A stretch of DNA of 64,000 nucleotides, taken from the NCBI GenBank assembly GCA_963796455.1, contig CAWCLO010000001.1, forward strand, positions 480,001 to 544,000. Direction: 5' to 3'. The DNA is from Candidatus Sulfomarinibacteraceae bacterium (lineage in GTDB: Bacteria; Acidobacteriota; Thermoanaerobaculia; Thermoanaerobaculales; Sulfomarinibacteraceae). The position numbers and the translations under genes were made by a program. Positions 54,852-64,000 of the stretch are shown here, in pieces; the first letter of the stretch is position 1; every line of letters starts with the position of its first letter. The notes under the pieces were generated by a model. The model saw only the letters and a list, made by a program, of their open reading frames with translations. It did no database searches and was not told where the DNA came from.

Positions 54852-56219
54852 ATGAAAAACCACAGCAAAATCATCCTCGGCTGCGCACTGGTGCTTGCGG
54901 TAGGCATGACGGCACCCGCGTGGGCCCAGTTGTCGGCCGACGAAATCGCCCAACTCGGTACAACTCTGACTCCGCTCGGTGGAGAGAAGGCCGGCAACGC
55001 CGACGGCACGATCCCGGCCTGGGATGGCGGTCTGGCCACACCACCCGCCAACTGGCAACCGGGCACTCACATGGTCAATCCTTTCGGCGACGAAACGCCG
55101 CTCTTCACCATCACCGCAGCCAACATGAGCGAGTATGCAGACAAGCTCACCGTCGGTCAGAAGGCTCTCTTCGAGACCTATCCCGACAGCTATAAGATGA
55201 TTGTCTACCCGAGCCACCGGACGGCCGCAGTGCCGCAACGAATCTATGACGCAACAAAGCACATTGCCGGGACTGCGAAATTGGTCGAAGGCGGCAACGG
55301 TATCACCGGCGCGGTCAACGGCATTCCGTTCCCGATTCCCAAAGAGGGTGTCGAGGCGATCTGGAACCACCTCGTACGCTACCGCGCCGACGCGGCCGCG
55401 CGCCAGATCGGCCAGGCGGCACCGACCCGCGGCGGCAGCTACACCCTGGTCCAGTTCCGCGATGAGTTCTACATGTCATACAGCATGCCGGACATGAGCG
55501 AAGAAAAGCTCAACAACCGGGTCTTCTTCTTCAAACAGGAAGTGACCGCCCCGGCCCGACTCGCCGGTGGTGTGCTGCTGGTGCACGAAACGATGGACCA
55601 GGTCAAGGAACACCGCAACGCATGGCTTTACAACCCCGGTCAGCGTCGAGTTCGCCGGGCGCCGAACGTGGCCTATGACAACCCCGGAACCGCGGCCGAC
55701 TCGATGCGGACCTCGGATCAGCTCGACATGTTCAATGGCTCACCGAGCCGCTATGACTGGAAGCTTGTCGGCAAGAAGGAAATCTACATTCCCTACAACT
55801 CGTACAAGCTCCAGGACCCCTCGGTCAAGTTCAAGGACATCCTGACGCCGCTCCACATCAACCAGGACCTCCCGCGCTACGAACTCCATCGGGTGTGGGT
55901 CGTTGATTCGACCCTCAAAGAGGGCTCACGCCACATCTACAAAAGACGGACCTTCTATATCGACGAAGACAGCTGGCAGATTGCAGCGGTCGACATCTAT
56001 GACAACCGTGATCAACTGTGGCGGGTCTCCGAGGGCCACATCGTGCAGTATTACCAGATGCCGGCCATGTGGACCTCGCTCGAGGTCCATACCGACCTCC
56101 AGGCAGGCCGCTATCTCGCGGTCGGTCTCAACAGTGAAAATGCGCCCTACGATTTCACCATCACGCGAAGCCCCGAGGACTTCACTCCGGCGTCGCTGCG
56201 CCGCACCGGCCGGCGCTGA
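54852..56219 (+). CDS. DUF1329 family periplasmic protein
   Basis: LTPLGGEKAGNADGTIPAWDGG, YNPGQRRVRRAP and RYELHRVWVV. Confidence 0.9.
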   Translation: MKNHSKIILGCALVLAVGMTAPAWAQLSADEIAQLGTTLTPLGGEKAGNADGTIPAWDGGLATPPANWQPGTHMVNPFGDETPLFTITAANMSEYADKLTVGQKALFETYPDSYKMIVYPSHRTAAVPQRIYDATKHIAGTAKLVEGGNGITGAVNGIPFPIPKEGVEAIWNHLVRYRADAAARQIGQAAPTRGGSYTLVQFRDEFYMSYSMPDMSEEKLNNRVFFFKQEVTAPARLAGGVLLVHETMDQVKEHRNAWLYNPGQRRVRRAPNVAYDNPGTAADSMRTSDQLDMFNGSPSRYDWKLVGKKEIYIPYNSYKLQDPSVKFKDILTPLHINQDLPRYELHRVWVVDSTLKEGSRHIYKRRTFYIDEDSWQIAAVDIYDNRDQLWRVSEGHIVQYYQMPAMWTSLEVHTDLQAGRYLAVGLNSENAPYDFTITRSPEDFTPASLRRTGRR

Positions 56220-56234
56220 CATTGTATTGATACC

Positions 56235-56275
56235 GGCGGACGGGCCTCACAGCCCGTCCGCCTTTTTATTTCTTT
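56235..56275 (+). terminator. Rho-independent terminator
   Basis: 11-bp stem GGCGGACGGGC/GCCCGTCCGCC followed by TTTTTATTTCTTT. Confidence 0.85.
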
Positions 56276-56299
56276 CGAAAAAAACCGGGAGAACGGCAG

Positions 56300-57340
56300 A
56301 TGGAAACTCCATCGGGCACACCTACCGCCCGGGTCGCTGATTGCGTGACCCGACGTCAAACCAGGCTCGCAGGGAGAGCGCGGTCATCGATCGTGGTCAT
56401 CTTCGGTCTCCTCTTGGCCGTGGGAGCCTTCGCGACGGCTCAAGAGGAAGATGCCCCGGAATATTCGATTCCGGCGCTGCTGGCACCGCAATCCCTGATG
56501 CTCGATGCGGTTGAAGTCGGCGGGACCCTGATCGCGGTCGGAGAACGAGGCCACATTCTGGTCTCCGAGGATCTGGGCGCAACCTGGCAACAGAGAGATG
56601 TCCCGACACGATCGGGACTCAACGGGGTCTTTTTCCACGATCGTTCAACCGGGTGGGCCGTCGGGCACGACTCGGTAATCCTCCGGACAACCGACGGCGG
56701 CACGACCTGGGAACGGGTCTATTGGGCGCCTGACGACGAAGCTCCATTCTTTGACGTCTGGTTCGCCGACAAAAACTACGGCATCGCTATCGGCGCCTAC
56801 GGCAGCTTCTTCGAAACCACCGATGGCGGTACAACCTGGGATTCACGCTGGATCAGCGAAGATGACTGGCACCTGCACAAGATAGCCCGCGCAACCGATG
56901 GCACGATGTACATCGCTGCGGAGGCAGGTTCGGTCTACCGATCGGATGACGGCGGCGAGAACTGGACCACCCTTTTGACGCCCTACCAGGGCTCCTTTTT
57001 CGGCGTTCTCCCGCTCGCCGACGGGGTCATGGTCTTTGGACTGCGGGGGAATCTCTTCAGATCGGAAGATGGTGGCGAGAATTGGCAGGAGATTGAAACC
57101 GGCACGGTCGCCATGTTGACCGACGGAATCCAACTCGCCGACGGACGGATCGTGATCGTCGGGCTCGGAGGAACGATTCTGGTTTCTGACGACGACGGTC
57201 GATCTTTCGAACTCCACCCGCAGGCGAATCGACGGGGTATTTCGGCGATCGTCGAGACTCCGGATGACAAGGTGTTCATCGTCGGAGAATTCGGGGTCAA
57301 CAACACACCGTTGAGCCAACTCACCGGCGCTACGGACTGA
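56300..57340 (+). CDS. YCF48-like BNR/Asp-box beta-propeller protein
   Basis: Repeated S/T.DGG.TW motifs and AVGERGHIL. Confidence 0.88.
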   Translation: METPSGTPTARVADCVTRRQTRLAGRARSSIVVIFGLLLAVGAFATAQEEDAPEYSIPALLAPQSLMLDAVEVGGTLIAVGERGHILVSEDLGATWQQRDVPTRSGLNGVFFHDRSTGWAVGHDSVILRTTDGGTTWERVYWAPDDEAPFFDVWFADKNYGIAIGAYGSFFETTDGGTTWDSRWISEDDWHLHKIARATDGTMYIAAEAGSVYRSDDGGENWTTLLTPYQGSFFGVLPLADGVMVFGLRGNLFRSEDGGENWQEIETGTVAMLTDGIQLADGRIVIVGLGGTILVSDDDGRSFELHPQANRRGISAIVETPDDKVFIVGEFGVNNTPLSQLTGATD

Positions 57341-57355
57341 GCGGAGGACTTTGAA

Positions 57356-59665
57356 ATGAAGACCATGCTCGAAAATCTGATCTTCAACAACCGCCGCCTG
57401 GTCGTGGCCGTGTTCGTCATTCTGACGATCTTCATGGCCTGGCAGGCCTCGCACCTCAAGATCGATGCCGGCTTCGCCAAGCTCCTGCCGATCAAACACC
57501 CCTATATGCAGACCTATCTTGAATACCGCGACGCCTATGGCGGCGCCAACAAGGTCGTGATCGCCATTCGTGCCAAAGAGGGCGATATTTTCACACCTGA
57601 GTTTTTCCAGGTATTGCAGGAGATTACCGACGAGGTCTTCTTTATCGAAGGCGTTGATCGAACGCGTGTGATGTCGCTGTTTACACCCAACGTTCGATTC
57701 ACCGAGGTGGTCGAGGACGGCATCTCGGGTGGCAACGTCATCCCAGATGATTTCGAACCCACCGAAGCAGGCCTCGCCCAGGTTCGCGAAAACATCCTCA
57801 AGTCCAACTACATGGGCAGGCTGGTCGCCAACGACTTTTCGGCCGCACTGGTTGTCGCCGAGCTCCAGGAAATCAACCCGAACACCGGCGAGCGGCTTGA
57901 TGTCATCGCCGTCTCTTCGATCTTTGAGGACATTCGCCAACGCTACAGCGAAACCGAGGTCGGGGTTGCTTTCGATTACCACATCATCGGTTTTGCAAAG
58001 GTCATCGGCGATATCGCATCGGGCGCGGCCCGGGTGGTGCTCTTCTTCCTGATCGCATTCATCATCACCGCGGTTTTTGTCTGGTACTACTCGCAAAGCT
58101 TCAAACTCACGGTGATCGTCGTCGGCTGTTCGCTGATGGCAGTCATCTGGCAACTGGGTCTGCTGACCCTCCTGGGCTTCGGCATCGACCCCATGTCGAT
58201 CCTGGTGCCCTTCCTGGTCTTCGCAATCGGCGTCAGCCACGGCGTTCAGATGGTCAGCGCATTCCGGGCCGAGGTCTTCGAAGGCACCGACAGTCTCAGC
58301 TCAGCCAAGTCGACCTTCCAACGACTGCTCGTGCCGGGTGGAATCGCTCTGCTCTCGGACACCATCGGCTTCATCACCATCATGTTGATCGAGATTCGGA
58401 TGATCCAGGAAATGGCGATCACCGCCAGCCTCGGTGTAGCGATCATCATCCTGACTGATCTGGTCCTGGTGCCGGTTCTGCTGTCCTACGTGCAACTCGA
58501 CGAGAAATATCTCGCAAAACTTGTCGCCCGGGCCAAACAACTCGATCCCCTCTGGACCTCGTTGGCCAGAATCGCGACAGCGCGCAATGCCACGATCATT
58601 ATCGCGCTGGCCGTCGTGCTCTTTGTCGTCGGCGGTTGGAAGGCCACCCAGATCAAGATCGGTGACCTCCATGCGGGGGTACCCGAGCTCCGCGCCAACT
58701 CGACCTACAACCTCGACACCGGCGTGATCACCGATCACTTCACCTTGGGAGTCGACGTCATCACCACGATCATCGAGTCGCACCCGGAGGCCTGCACCGA
58801 GCACGAGCTCATGACCACCATTGACGCCTTCGAGTGGAATATCAGGAACGTACCCGGCGTGCAATCGGTTTTTGGCATCGGCGCCGTCGCCAAGATCATC
58901 AATGCAGGCTGGAACGAGGGCAGCCTCATGTGGCGGGTCCTGCCCCGCAACACGTCGACCATGGCCCAGGCTGTGACATACATCGACACCAGCACCGGTC
59001 TATTGAACGGCGACTGTAGTGTGATGCCGGTCTACATCTACACCGTCGATCACAAAGCAGAGACCATCAAACGGGTGGTCGCAGCCGTCAAGAAATTCCA
59101 GGCGGAAAACGGATCCGACGAGCTCAAATTCAGGTTGGCCACCGGCAACGTGGGCGTCATGGCAGCCACCAACGAAGCTGTTTCCGAAGCCCAGTTCCCG
59201 ATGCTGATCTACGTCTTCGCGGCGATCATCGTTCTCTGTTTGATCACCTTCCGGTCCCTGAAGGCGACGATAGCGATCGTCGTTCCCCTGGCCTTGGTCT
59301 CGATCCTCGCCTACGCCTTGATGGCCATCCTCGAGATCGGTCTCAAGACCTCCACCCTTCCGGTTGTTGCGCTCGGGGTCGGGATCGGCGTCGACTATGG
59401 GATCTACATTTACAGTCGTTTCAAGAGCTTCTTGAAGGAAGGCATGGCGATCCAGGAGGCCTACCACAACACCCTCAAAGTCACCGGTGCCGGGGTCGTC
59501 TTCACCGGCGTCACGTTGGCTCTCGGTGTCGCCACCTGGATCTTCGCGCCGATCAAGTTCCAGGCCGACATGGGCATCCTGTTGACCTTCATGTTCCTGT
59601 TGAACATGGCGGGCGCGATCGTTCTGCTACCGGCTCTCGCCTACTGGTTGAAACCAAAGGGATAG
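57356..59665 (+). CDS. RND superfamily (MMPL-like) transporter
   Basis: Two repeats of TM, periplasmic domain and 5 TM; AIGVSHGVQ and GIGVDYGIY. Confidence 0.9.
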   Translation: MKTMLENLIFNNRRLVVAVFVILTIFMAWQASHLKIDAGFAKLLPIKHPYMQTYLEYRDAYGGANKVVIAIRAKEGDIFTPEFFQVLQEITDEVFFIEGVDRTRVMSLFTPNVRFTEVVEDGISGGNVIPDDFEPTEAGLAQVRENILKSNYMGRLVANDFSAALVVAELQEINPNTGERLDVIAVSSIFEDIRQRYSETEVGVAFDYHIIGFAKVIGDIASGAARVVLFFLIAFIITAVFVWYYSQSFKLTVIVVGCSLMAVIWQLGLLTLLGFGIDPMSILVPFLVFAIGVSHGVQMVSAFRAEVFEGTDSLSSAKSTFQRLLVPGGIALLSDTIGFITIMLIEIRMIQEMAITASLGVAIIILTDLVLVPVLLSYVQLDEKYLAKLVARAKQLDPLWTSLARIATARNATIIIALAVVLFVVGGWKATQIKIGDLHAGVPELRANSTYNLDTGVITDHFTLGVDVITTIIESHPEACTEHELMTTIDAFEWNIRNVPGVQSVFGIGAVAKIINAGWNEGSLMWRVLPRNTSTMAQAVTYIDTSTGLLNGDCSVMPVYIYTVDHKAETIKRVVAAVKKFQAENGSDELKFRLATGNVGVMAATNEAVSEAQFPMLIYVFAAIIVLCLITFRSLKATIAIVVPLALVSILAYALMAILEIGLKTSTLPVVALGVGIGVDYGIYIYSRFKSFLKEGMAIQEAYHNTLKVTGAGVVFTGVTLALGVATWIFAPIKFQADMGILLTFMFLLNMAGAIVLLPALAYWLKPKG

Positions 59666-59819
59666 AAGATCGTCAACACTGCAGTCGATCGCAGACCGCA
59701 TCACCCATGCGGGCGGTCGAGACCGAGTCGTCACTCCTGAGGTCGGCGGTGCGCAGCCCGTCCGCGAGGGTCGGCGTGGAGTCTTGCGTCTCGGTGGCAA
59801 CGGATTCTGAGCTAAGAAG

Positions 59820-60896
59820 CTAAGAAGCTGAAGAAGCAAAAAACTCCTTGATGAGGTGCGAGTAGAACTCGACGCCGTCTACCAACTCGGTGTGCGTCAC
59901 AAATTCTCCGGCGGTGTGCGAACGTTCGGTTTGTCCGGGGCCGACCTTGATGGTTGGCAGGTGACGGGTCCAGACGGCGTCCGAAAGGGTCGCCGATCCG
60001 ATCACCCTTGCCTCCGGTCGCGCCCGGCGAGCAGCACGTGCCACCGGGGAATCCGGATCGGTGCTCAGAGATTTGAGACGATCCGACCGGACCCGGACCG
60101 AGGCTCCGGTCAACGCCGCCACCTCGGCCACGATGTCGGCGGTCGCATCATCATCAACCGTTCGAAGATCGAGACAGAAGACGCAGCGATCCGGGATCAC
60201 GTTGCGCCGAGTGCCGCCTTCAACCGTCGTGACGTGGCAGGTGACGCGGCCAAGCAACGGGTGTTCTCCACCCGGGCTGTAGCCGTCGAGGGCGGCAATC
60301 GCCCTGGCGGCTTCTGTGATGGCATTGGCCCCCGGCAAGCGGTGTGCGTGGGCCGCGTGGCGCGCGGTGCCCTGGGTCTCGAGCTCCAGAATCAACAGGC
60401 CCTTCTGGGCACAACAGATATCGAGGTTGGTCGGCTCCCCGATGACCGCGGCGTCGAGGCGACCCAGTTCCCCAACGTATCTTTCGAGACCGCCTCCGCC
60501 GCCGCCGATTTCTTCGTCAACGGTCAGAGCCAGGACCACCTGGCCCCCGATCTCCTTGCTTTCGACACCCGCCACCGCACACAACATCGCGGTGACGCAA
60601 CTCTTGGCATCATTGGCGCCAAGGCCCGAGATGCGCCCCCCTTCGTCACAGGGCAAAAACGGATCGTGCGGCCATGCTGCCACCGGAGCCACGGTGTCGA
60701 GGTGTGAGTTCAGAAGCAAACGCGGCCCCTCCCCTTTCCCGACCCTTATCACAACGTTTCGACCGGCCATTTCGGCCTGCAGCCCCCACGAATCGGCCCT
60801 TTCCAGAATGAACCGGGCGAGCTCCGCTTCGTCTCCCGACAGACTCGGGATTGAAACCAGCTCTTTCAACAGCAAGGGAGCTGAGACCCTTCTCAC
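59820..60896 (-). CDS. argE: M20 family acetylornithine/acetylcitrulline deacetylase
   Basis: NSHLDTV, GLGANDAK, DEE, GEPT and HTAGE; operon context. Confidence 0.75.
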   Translation of the reverse strand: MRRVSAPLLLKELVSIPSLSGDEAELARFILERADSWGLQAEMAGRNVVIRVGKGEGPRLLLNSHLDTVAPVAAWPHDPFLPCDEGGRISGLGANDAKSCVTAMLCAVAGVESKEIGGQVVLALTVDEEIGGGGGGLERYVGELGRLDAAVIGEPTNLDICCAQKGLLILELETQGTARHAAHAHRLPGANAITEAARAIAALDGYSPGGEHPLLGRVTCHVTTVEGGTRRNVIPDRCVFCLDLRTVDDDATADIVAEVAALTGASVRVRSDRLKSLSTDPDSPVARAARRARPEARVIGSATLSDAVWTRHLPTIKVGPGQTERSHTAGEFVTHTELVDGVEFYSHLIKEFFASSAS

Positions 60897-61807
60897 GGGG
60901 CCACGCCTCCGATCGGGATTTCAGGTGAAGCCTCGATCAGCGTGCCGCAGCCTTCGTTGGTAAAAACCTCGGTCAAGAGGGAATCCGCTTTGATGCCGCT
61001 GATAATGTGGGTCCGCGGCACACCCTCCAGGAGAGCGAAACGACAGGCTTCGAGCTTGGCCTTCATTCCCCCGACAGCGCCCGAACCCAGGAGTTCCTCG
61101 AGCCGGCCGTGATCCATGTGCGAAATCAGACTGTTGCGATCCTCCGGATCCTCGTAGACCCCGGCAACGCTGGTCAGCAGAATGAGTTTGACGGCCCCCA
61201 GGGTGGCCGCGAGCCGGGCGGCGATGGTGTCGGCGTTGACGTTGTAGATCTCTCCGTTTTCACCACCCGCCAGGGCACTCACGACGGGAACAAACCCACC
61301 CGCCAGCAGATGTTTGATGAGCTTGGGATCGACCGAATCGATGTCTCCTACGAAACCGAAATCGAGGGTCCTGGTCGCTCCCGACTCGGGGTCCTCCACT
61401 TCGACCGGTGGCCGGCGGTGGGCCTGGATGAGACCGCCATCCACACCGGACAGACCCACTCCGGGCACACCGCTCCGAACCAGGGCTGCCAGCAGATCGG
61501 TGTTGAGCTTGCCGTTGAAGACCATCTTGGCAACCTCGAGAGTGTCGGCGTCGGTCACCCTTCGCCCACCCACCGTTTGCACCTCGAGACCGAGTTGTTT
61601 CGAGAGCTCGGTCGCCTGTGGTCCTCCGCCGTGCACCACCACCACGTCAATGGACACCTGGTGGAGCAGCGATACCTGATCGGCGAAATTTGCGAGCGCC
61701 TGTTCGTCATCGATCACCTCACCGCCGATTTTGACGACGAAGGTCTTTCCCTTGAACATGCGAAGAAACGGCACCGCGGTGCGGAGCCCGGTAATGCGGC
61801 CGTTCAT
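60893..61807 (-). CDS. argB: Acetylglutamate kinase
   Basis: VVKIGG, VHGGGPQ, RVTD, NVNAD and GGMKAK. Confidence 0.92.
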   Translation of the reverse strand: MNGRITGLRTAVPFLRMFKGKTFVVKIGGEVIDDEQALANFADQVSLLHQVSIDVVVVHGGGPQATELSKQLGLEVQTVGGRRVTDADTLEVAKMVFNGKLNTDLLAALVRSGVPGVGLSGVDGGLIQAHRRPPVEVEDPESGATRTLDFGFVGDIDSVDPKLIKHLLAGGFVPVVSALAGGENGEIYNVNADTIAARLAATLGAVKLILLTSVAGVYEDPEDRNSLISHMDHGRLEELLGSGAVGGMKAKLEACRFALLEGVPRTHIISGIKADSLLTEVFTNEGCGTLIEASPEIPIGGVAP

Positions 61808-62802
61808 CTGATCCCTCCAAGTAATTCCAGCAACAGCGCCTTCTGCGCGTGAAGTCTGTTCTCAGCTTGATCCACGACCACGCTGGCATCGGAATCGAGC
61901 ACCTCATCGGAAACCACCACATTGCGTCGCACCGGCAGACAGTGCATGAAACGACCCCGATCGGTTCGTGCCATCCAATCGCTCGTGACCTGCCAGTCTC
62001 GGTGTAGCTCACGCAAGGCCGCTTCGGCCGCGGGATCACCATAGTGTTCGAGGCTTCCCCACGACTTGGCGTAGACCACCTTGGCACCATCGAGGGCTGC
62101 ACGATCATCGGTGGTTGTCACCGCAGCACCCGTCGTTTGAGCGATCCGAACGGCATCGATCATCAATTCGGGGTCGAGGTCATAGCCGTCCGGGCGAAGG
62201 ACCGTGATATCGAGTCCACGTTGTGCCGCCATCGCCACAACCGAATGCGGAACTGCGGCCGGCAGCGCCTTCGGGTGATAGGCCCAACTCAGGACCACCC
62301 GATCTCCCCGTTTGAGCCCGAGTTCATTCCAGGTCAAAGCGTCGGCCAGTGCCTGGCACGGGTGCCACAGAGCCGACTCCATGCTGATCACCGGCACTTC
62401 CGACGCCGCGGCAAAGGCGGTGACCACCGGGTCCTTGCGATCCTCTCGCCAATCGCTTCCGTTCGGAAACGCTCGGACGCCGAGAACATCAGCATACCGG
62501 CCCAGCACCGGCACCGCCTCTTTGACGTGCTCGGCGGCGCCGCCGTCCATGACCACGCCCTCGCGAGCCTCCAGATTCCACATGCCGCCGCCGACCGAGA
62601 GATTGACCGCATGACCGCCGAGTTGGTACATCCCGACCTCGAAGGAGGTCCGGGTCCGCAGGCTCGGGTTGAAAAAGACCATCCCCATCACCCGACCGTC
62701 GAGCCGATCGCGGCAGATCCCTGCCTTGATTCCGGCCGCCCTCTCGAGGACACGATCGATACGATCGGGTGACCAATCGGTGGTGCTCAGAAAATGTTCC
62801 AC
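61804..62802 (-). CDS. argF: N-acetylornithine carbamoyltransferase (ArgF')
   Basis: FFNPSLRTRTSF, EHVKE, WAYHPKALP and HCLPVRRN, typical of the AOTCase subfamily. Confidence 0.85.
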   Translation of the reverse strand: MEHFLSTTDWSPDRIDRVLERAAGIKAGICRDRLDGRVMGMVFFNPSLRTRTSFEVGMYQLGGHAVNLSVGGGMWNLEAREGVVMDGGAAEHVKEAVPVLGRYADVLGVRAFPNGSDWREDRKDPVVTAFAAASEVPVISMESALWHPCQALADALTWNELGLKRGDRVVLSWAYHPKALPAAVPHSVVAMAAQRGLDITVLRPDGYDLDPELMIDAVRIAQTTGAAVTTTDDRAALDGAKVVYAKSWGSLEHYGDPAAEAALRELHRDWQVTSDWMARTDRGRFMHCLPVRRNVVVSDEVLDSDASVVVDQAENRLHAQKALLLELLGGIR

Positions 62803-62806
62803 GTCC

Positions 62807-63973
62807 TCAGCCTCCAGAAAATTCGTTCAGCGCATCAGCCAGCACCTGCAACTCAGCCTCTCCCACAACCAGCGGCGGCATCAACCGCAACACGTGCGGA
62901 TCGGAGGAAGTTCCGGCCAGGATTCCACGATCGAAGAGGAATCGACCGACCTCTTTTGCCGCCACCGACGTCTCGAGACCGAGCAACAATCCTCGGCCCC
63001 GGAGGGCCTTCACCGGTCCAACAACCAGGAACTGACGGGCAGTCTCCTCCATCTGTGCGGCGCGATCGATCAGACGCTCGTCATCGATCACATCGAGCAC
63101 CGCGAGGCCGGCGGCACACGCCAGCGGCCCACCACCAAAAGTTGTTCCCTGATCGCCGATGGCCACGGTCTCAGACACCGCTTCGGTCGTCAGGACCGCC
63201 GCCATAGGGAAGCCATTGCCGAGACCCTTGGCGCTCGTGACGAGATCTGCAGGGGCCTGCCAAAGGTCTGCCGCAAAGGGGGCGCCCAGCCTTCCCACGC
63301 CAGTCTGAATCTCATCGAATATCACCAATGTTCCATTGAAGTGGCAGGCCGCCACCAGGTCCGGATAAAACTCTTCCGCCGCAACCCGGACACCGGCCAT
63401 GCTTTGGATCGGTTCAAGAATCACCGCGGCGGTGTTTTCGTCCAGAGCCGCAACCACGGCCTCGAGATCGCCAAAGGCCACCTCAGGGACATCTCGGACG
63501 ACCGCCGGAAACTGCCGCCGGTAGCCCCCAAGATGGGTCAGCGAGAGGGCGCCGGCTGTGCGCCCATGAAAACCACCCTCCATTGCGATGATCCCGGTCC
63601 GCCCGGTGGCCTTCATGGCCATCTTGACCGCAGTCTCGTTGGCCTCTGCTCCCGAGTTACAGAGAAAGGCCCGCTCGATGTGGTCCGGTGCAAAATGAAC
63701 CAACCGCTCGAGATAACGAGCGCGGACATCGTTGGCCGCAACATTCGAATAAAAGCCGAGCTGTCCGGCCTGATCGGAGACCGCCGACACCCACCGGGGA
63801 TGGGAGTGACCGAGCACCGACGTGCAATGACCGCCGTAGAGATCGAGATACTCCCGACCCTCCGCGTCCCACAAGCGGCAGCCGGAACCGCGGACGAATG
63901 CGACCGGCCATTTTGCATAGCTCGGGACGGAGAAACGATCCTCGGTGGCATTGATTTCAGTGTTGGTATTCAC
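62807..63973 (-). CDS. argD: Acetylornithine aminotransferase (class III; ArgD/LysJ-like)
   Basis: NSGAEANE, FHGRT, FDEIQTG and AKGLGNGFP. Confidence 0.85.
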   Translation of the reverse strand: MNTNTEINATEDRFSVPSYAKWPVAFVRGSGCRLWDAEGREYLDLYGGHCTSVLGHSHPRWVSAVSDQAGQLGFYSNVAANDVRARYLERLVHFAPDHIERAFLCNSGAEANETAVKMAMKATGRTGIIAMEGGFHGRTAGALSLTHLGGYRRQFPAVVRDVPEVAFGDLEAVVAALDENTAAVILEPIQSMAGVRVAAEEFYPDLVAACHFNGTLVIFDEIQTGVGRLGAPFAADLWQAPADLVTSAKGLGNGFPMAAVLTTEAVSETVAIGDQGTTFGGGPLACAAGLAVLDVIDDERLIDRAAQMEETARQFLVVGPVKALRGRGLLLGLETSVAAKEVGRFLFDRGILAGTSSDPHVLRLMPPLVVGEAELQVLADALNEFSGG

Positions 63974-64000
63974 AAATTCCTCGCACTCAGATGGGAGTCG

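Noticed and set aside
59810..59838. GCTAAGAA x2-3 repeat at the argE stop
   Set aside because: Too short and single-copy to call an element, though it fits the general pattern of short arrays at gene ends.

Overview
A GC-rich, gene-dense bacterial chromosome segment. The gene set and repeat style suggest Acidobacteriota (Thermoanaerobaculia-like); this is inference only. It holds about 55 protein genes, mostly housekeeping: mtgA, an aroD-aroE fusion, trpS, metK, nth, rnhB, rplS, ttcA, tatC/tatA, dtd, murJ, ssb, HU/IHF, thiI, gpsA-plsY-thpR-cinA, a prpD-like gene with a fused homoaconitase, and argD-argF'-argB-argE. There are also a glycosylation cluster, a sulfotransferase/alkaline-phosphatase cluster and a DUF1302-DUF1329-YCF48-RND cluster. 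I saw no rRNA, tRNA, CRISPR array, transposase, integrase or reverse transcriptase. The striking signal is intergenic. Eight copies (5 two-ended, 3 half) of one element are bounded by 13-bp terminal inverted repeats (CACTGCTGTCCAA...TTGGACAGCAGTG), with mutually complementary hexamer-rich arms and a nearly invariant 32-nt core. The longest copy (30891-31755) carries a frameshifted four-helix-bundle (Avd/23S-IVS-protein-like) gene whose start codon lies in a nested hairpin. The other copies are internal deletions or carry a REP-like doublet at the same place. At three sites, and a fourth less perfectly, removing the element plus one duplicated AT restores an in-phase 7-bp tandem array, so the element appears to target heptamer microsatellites. 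The window also holds many empty heptamer arrays, octamer VNTRs, nonamer repeats and long palindromes, often stacked into repeat islands. All product calls come from motif recognition by eye, not from database searches.
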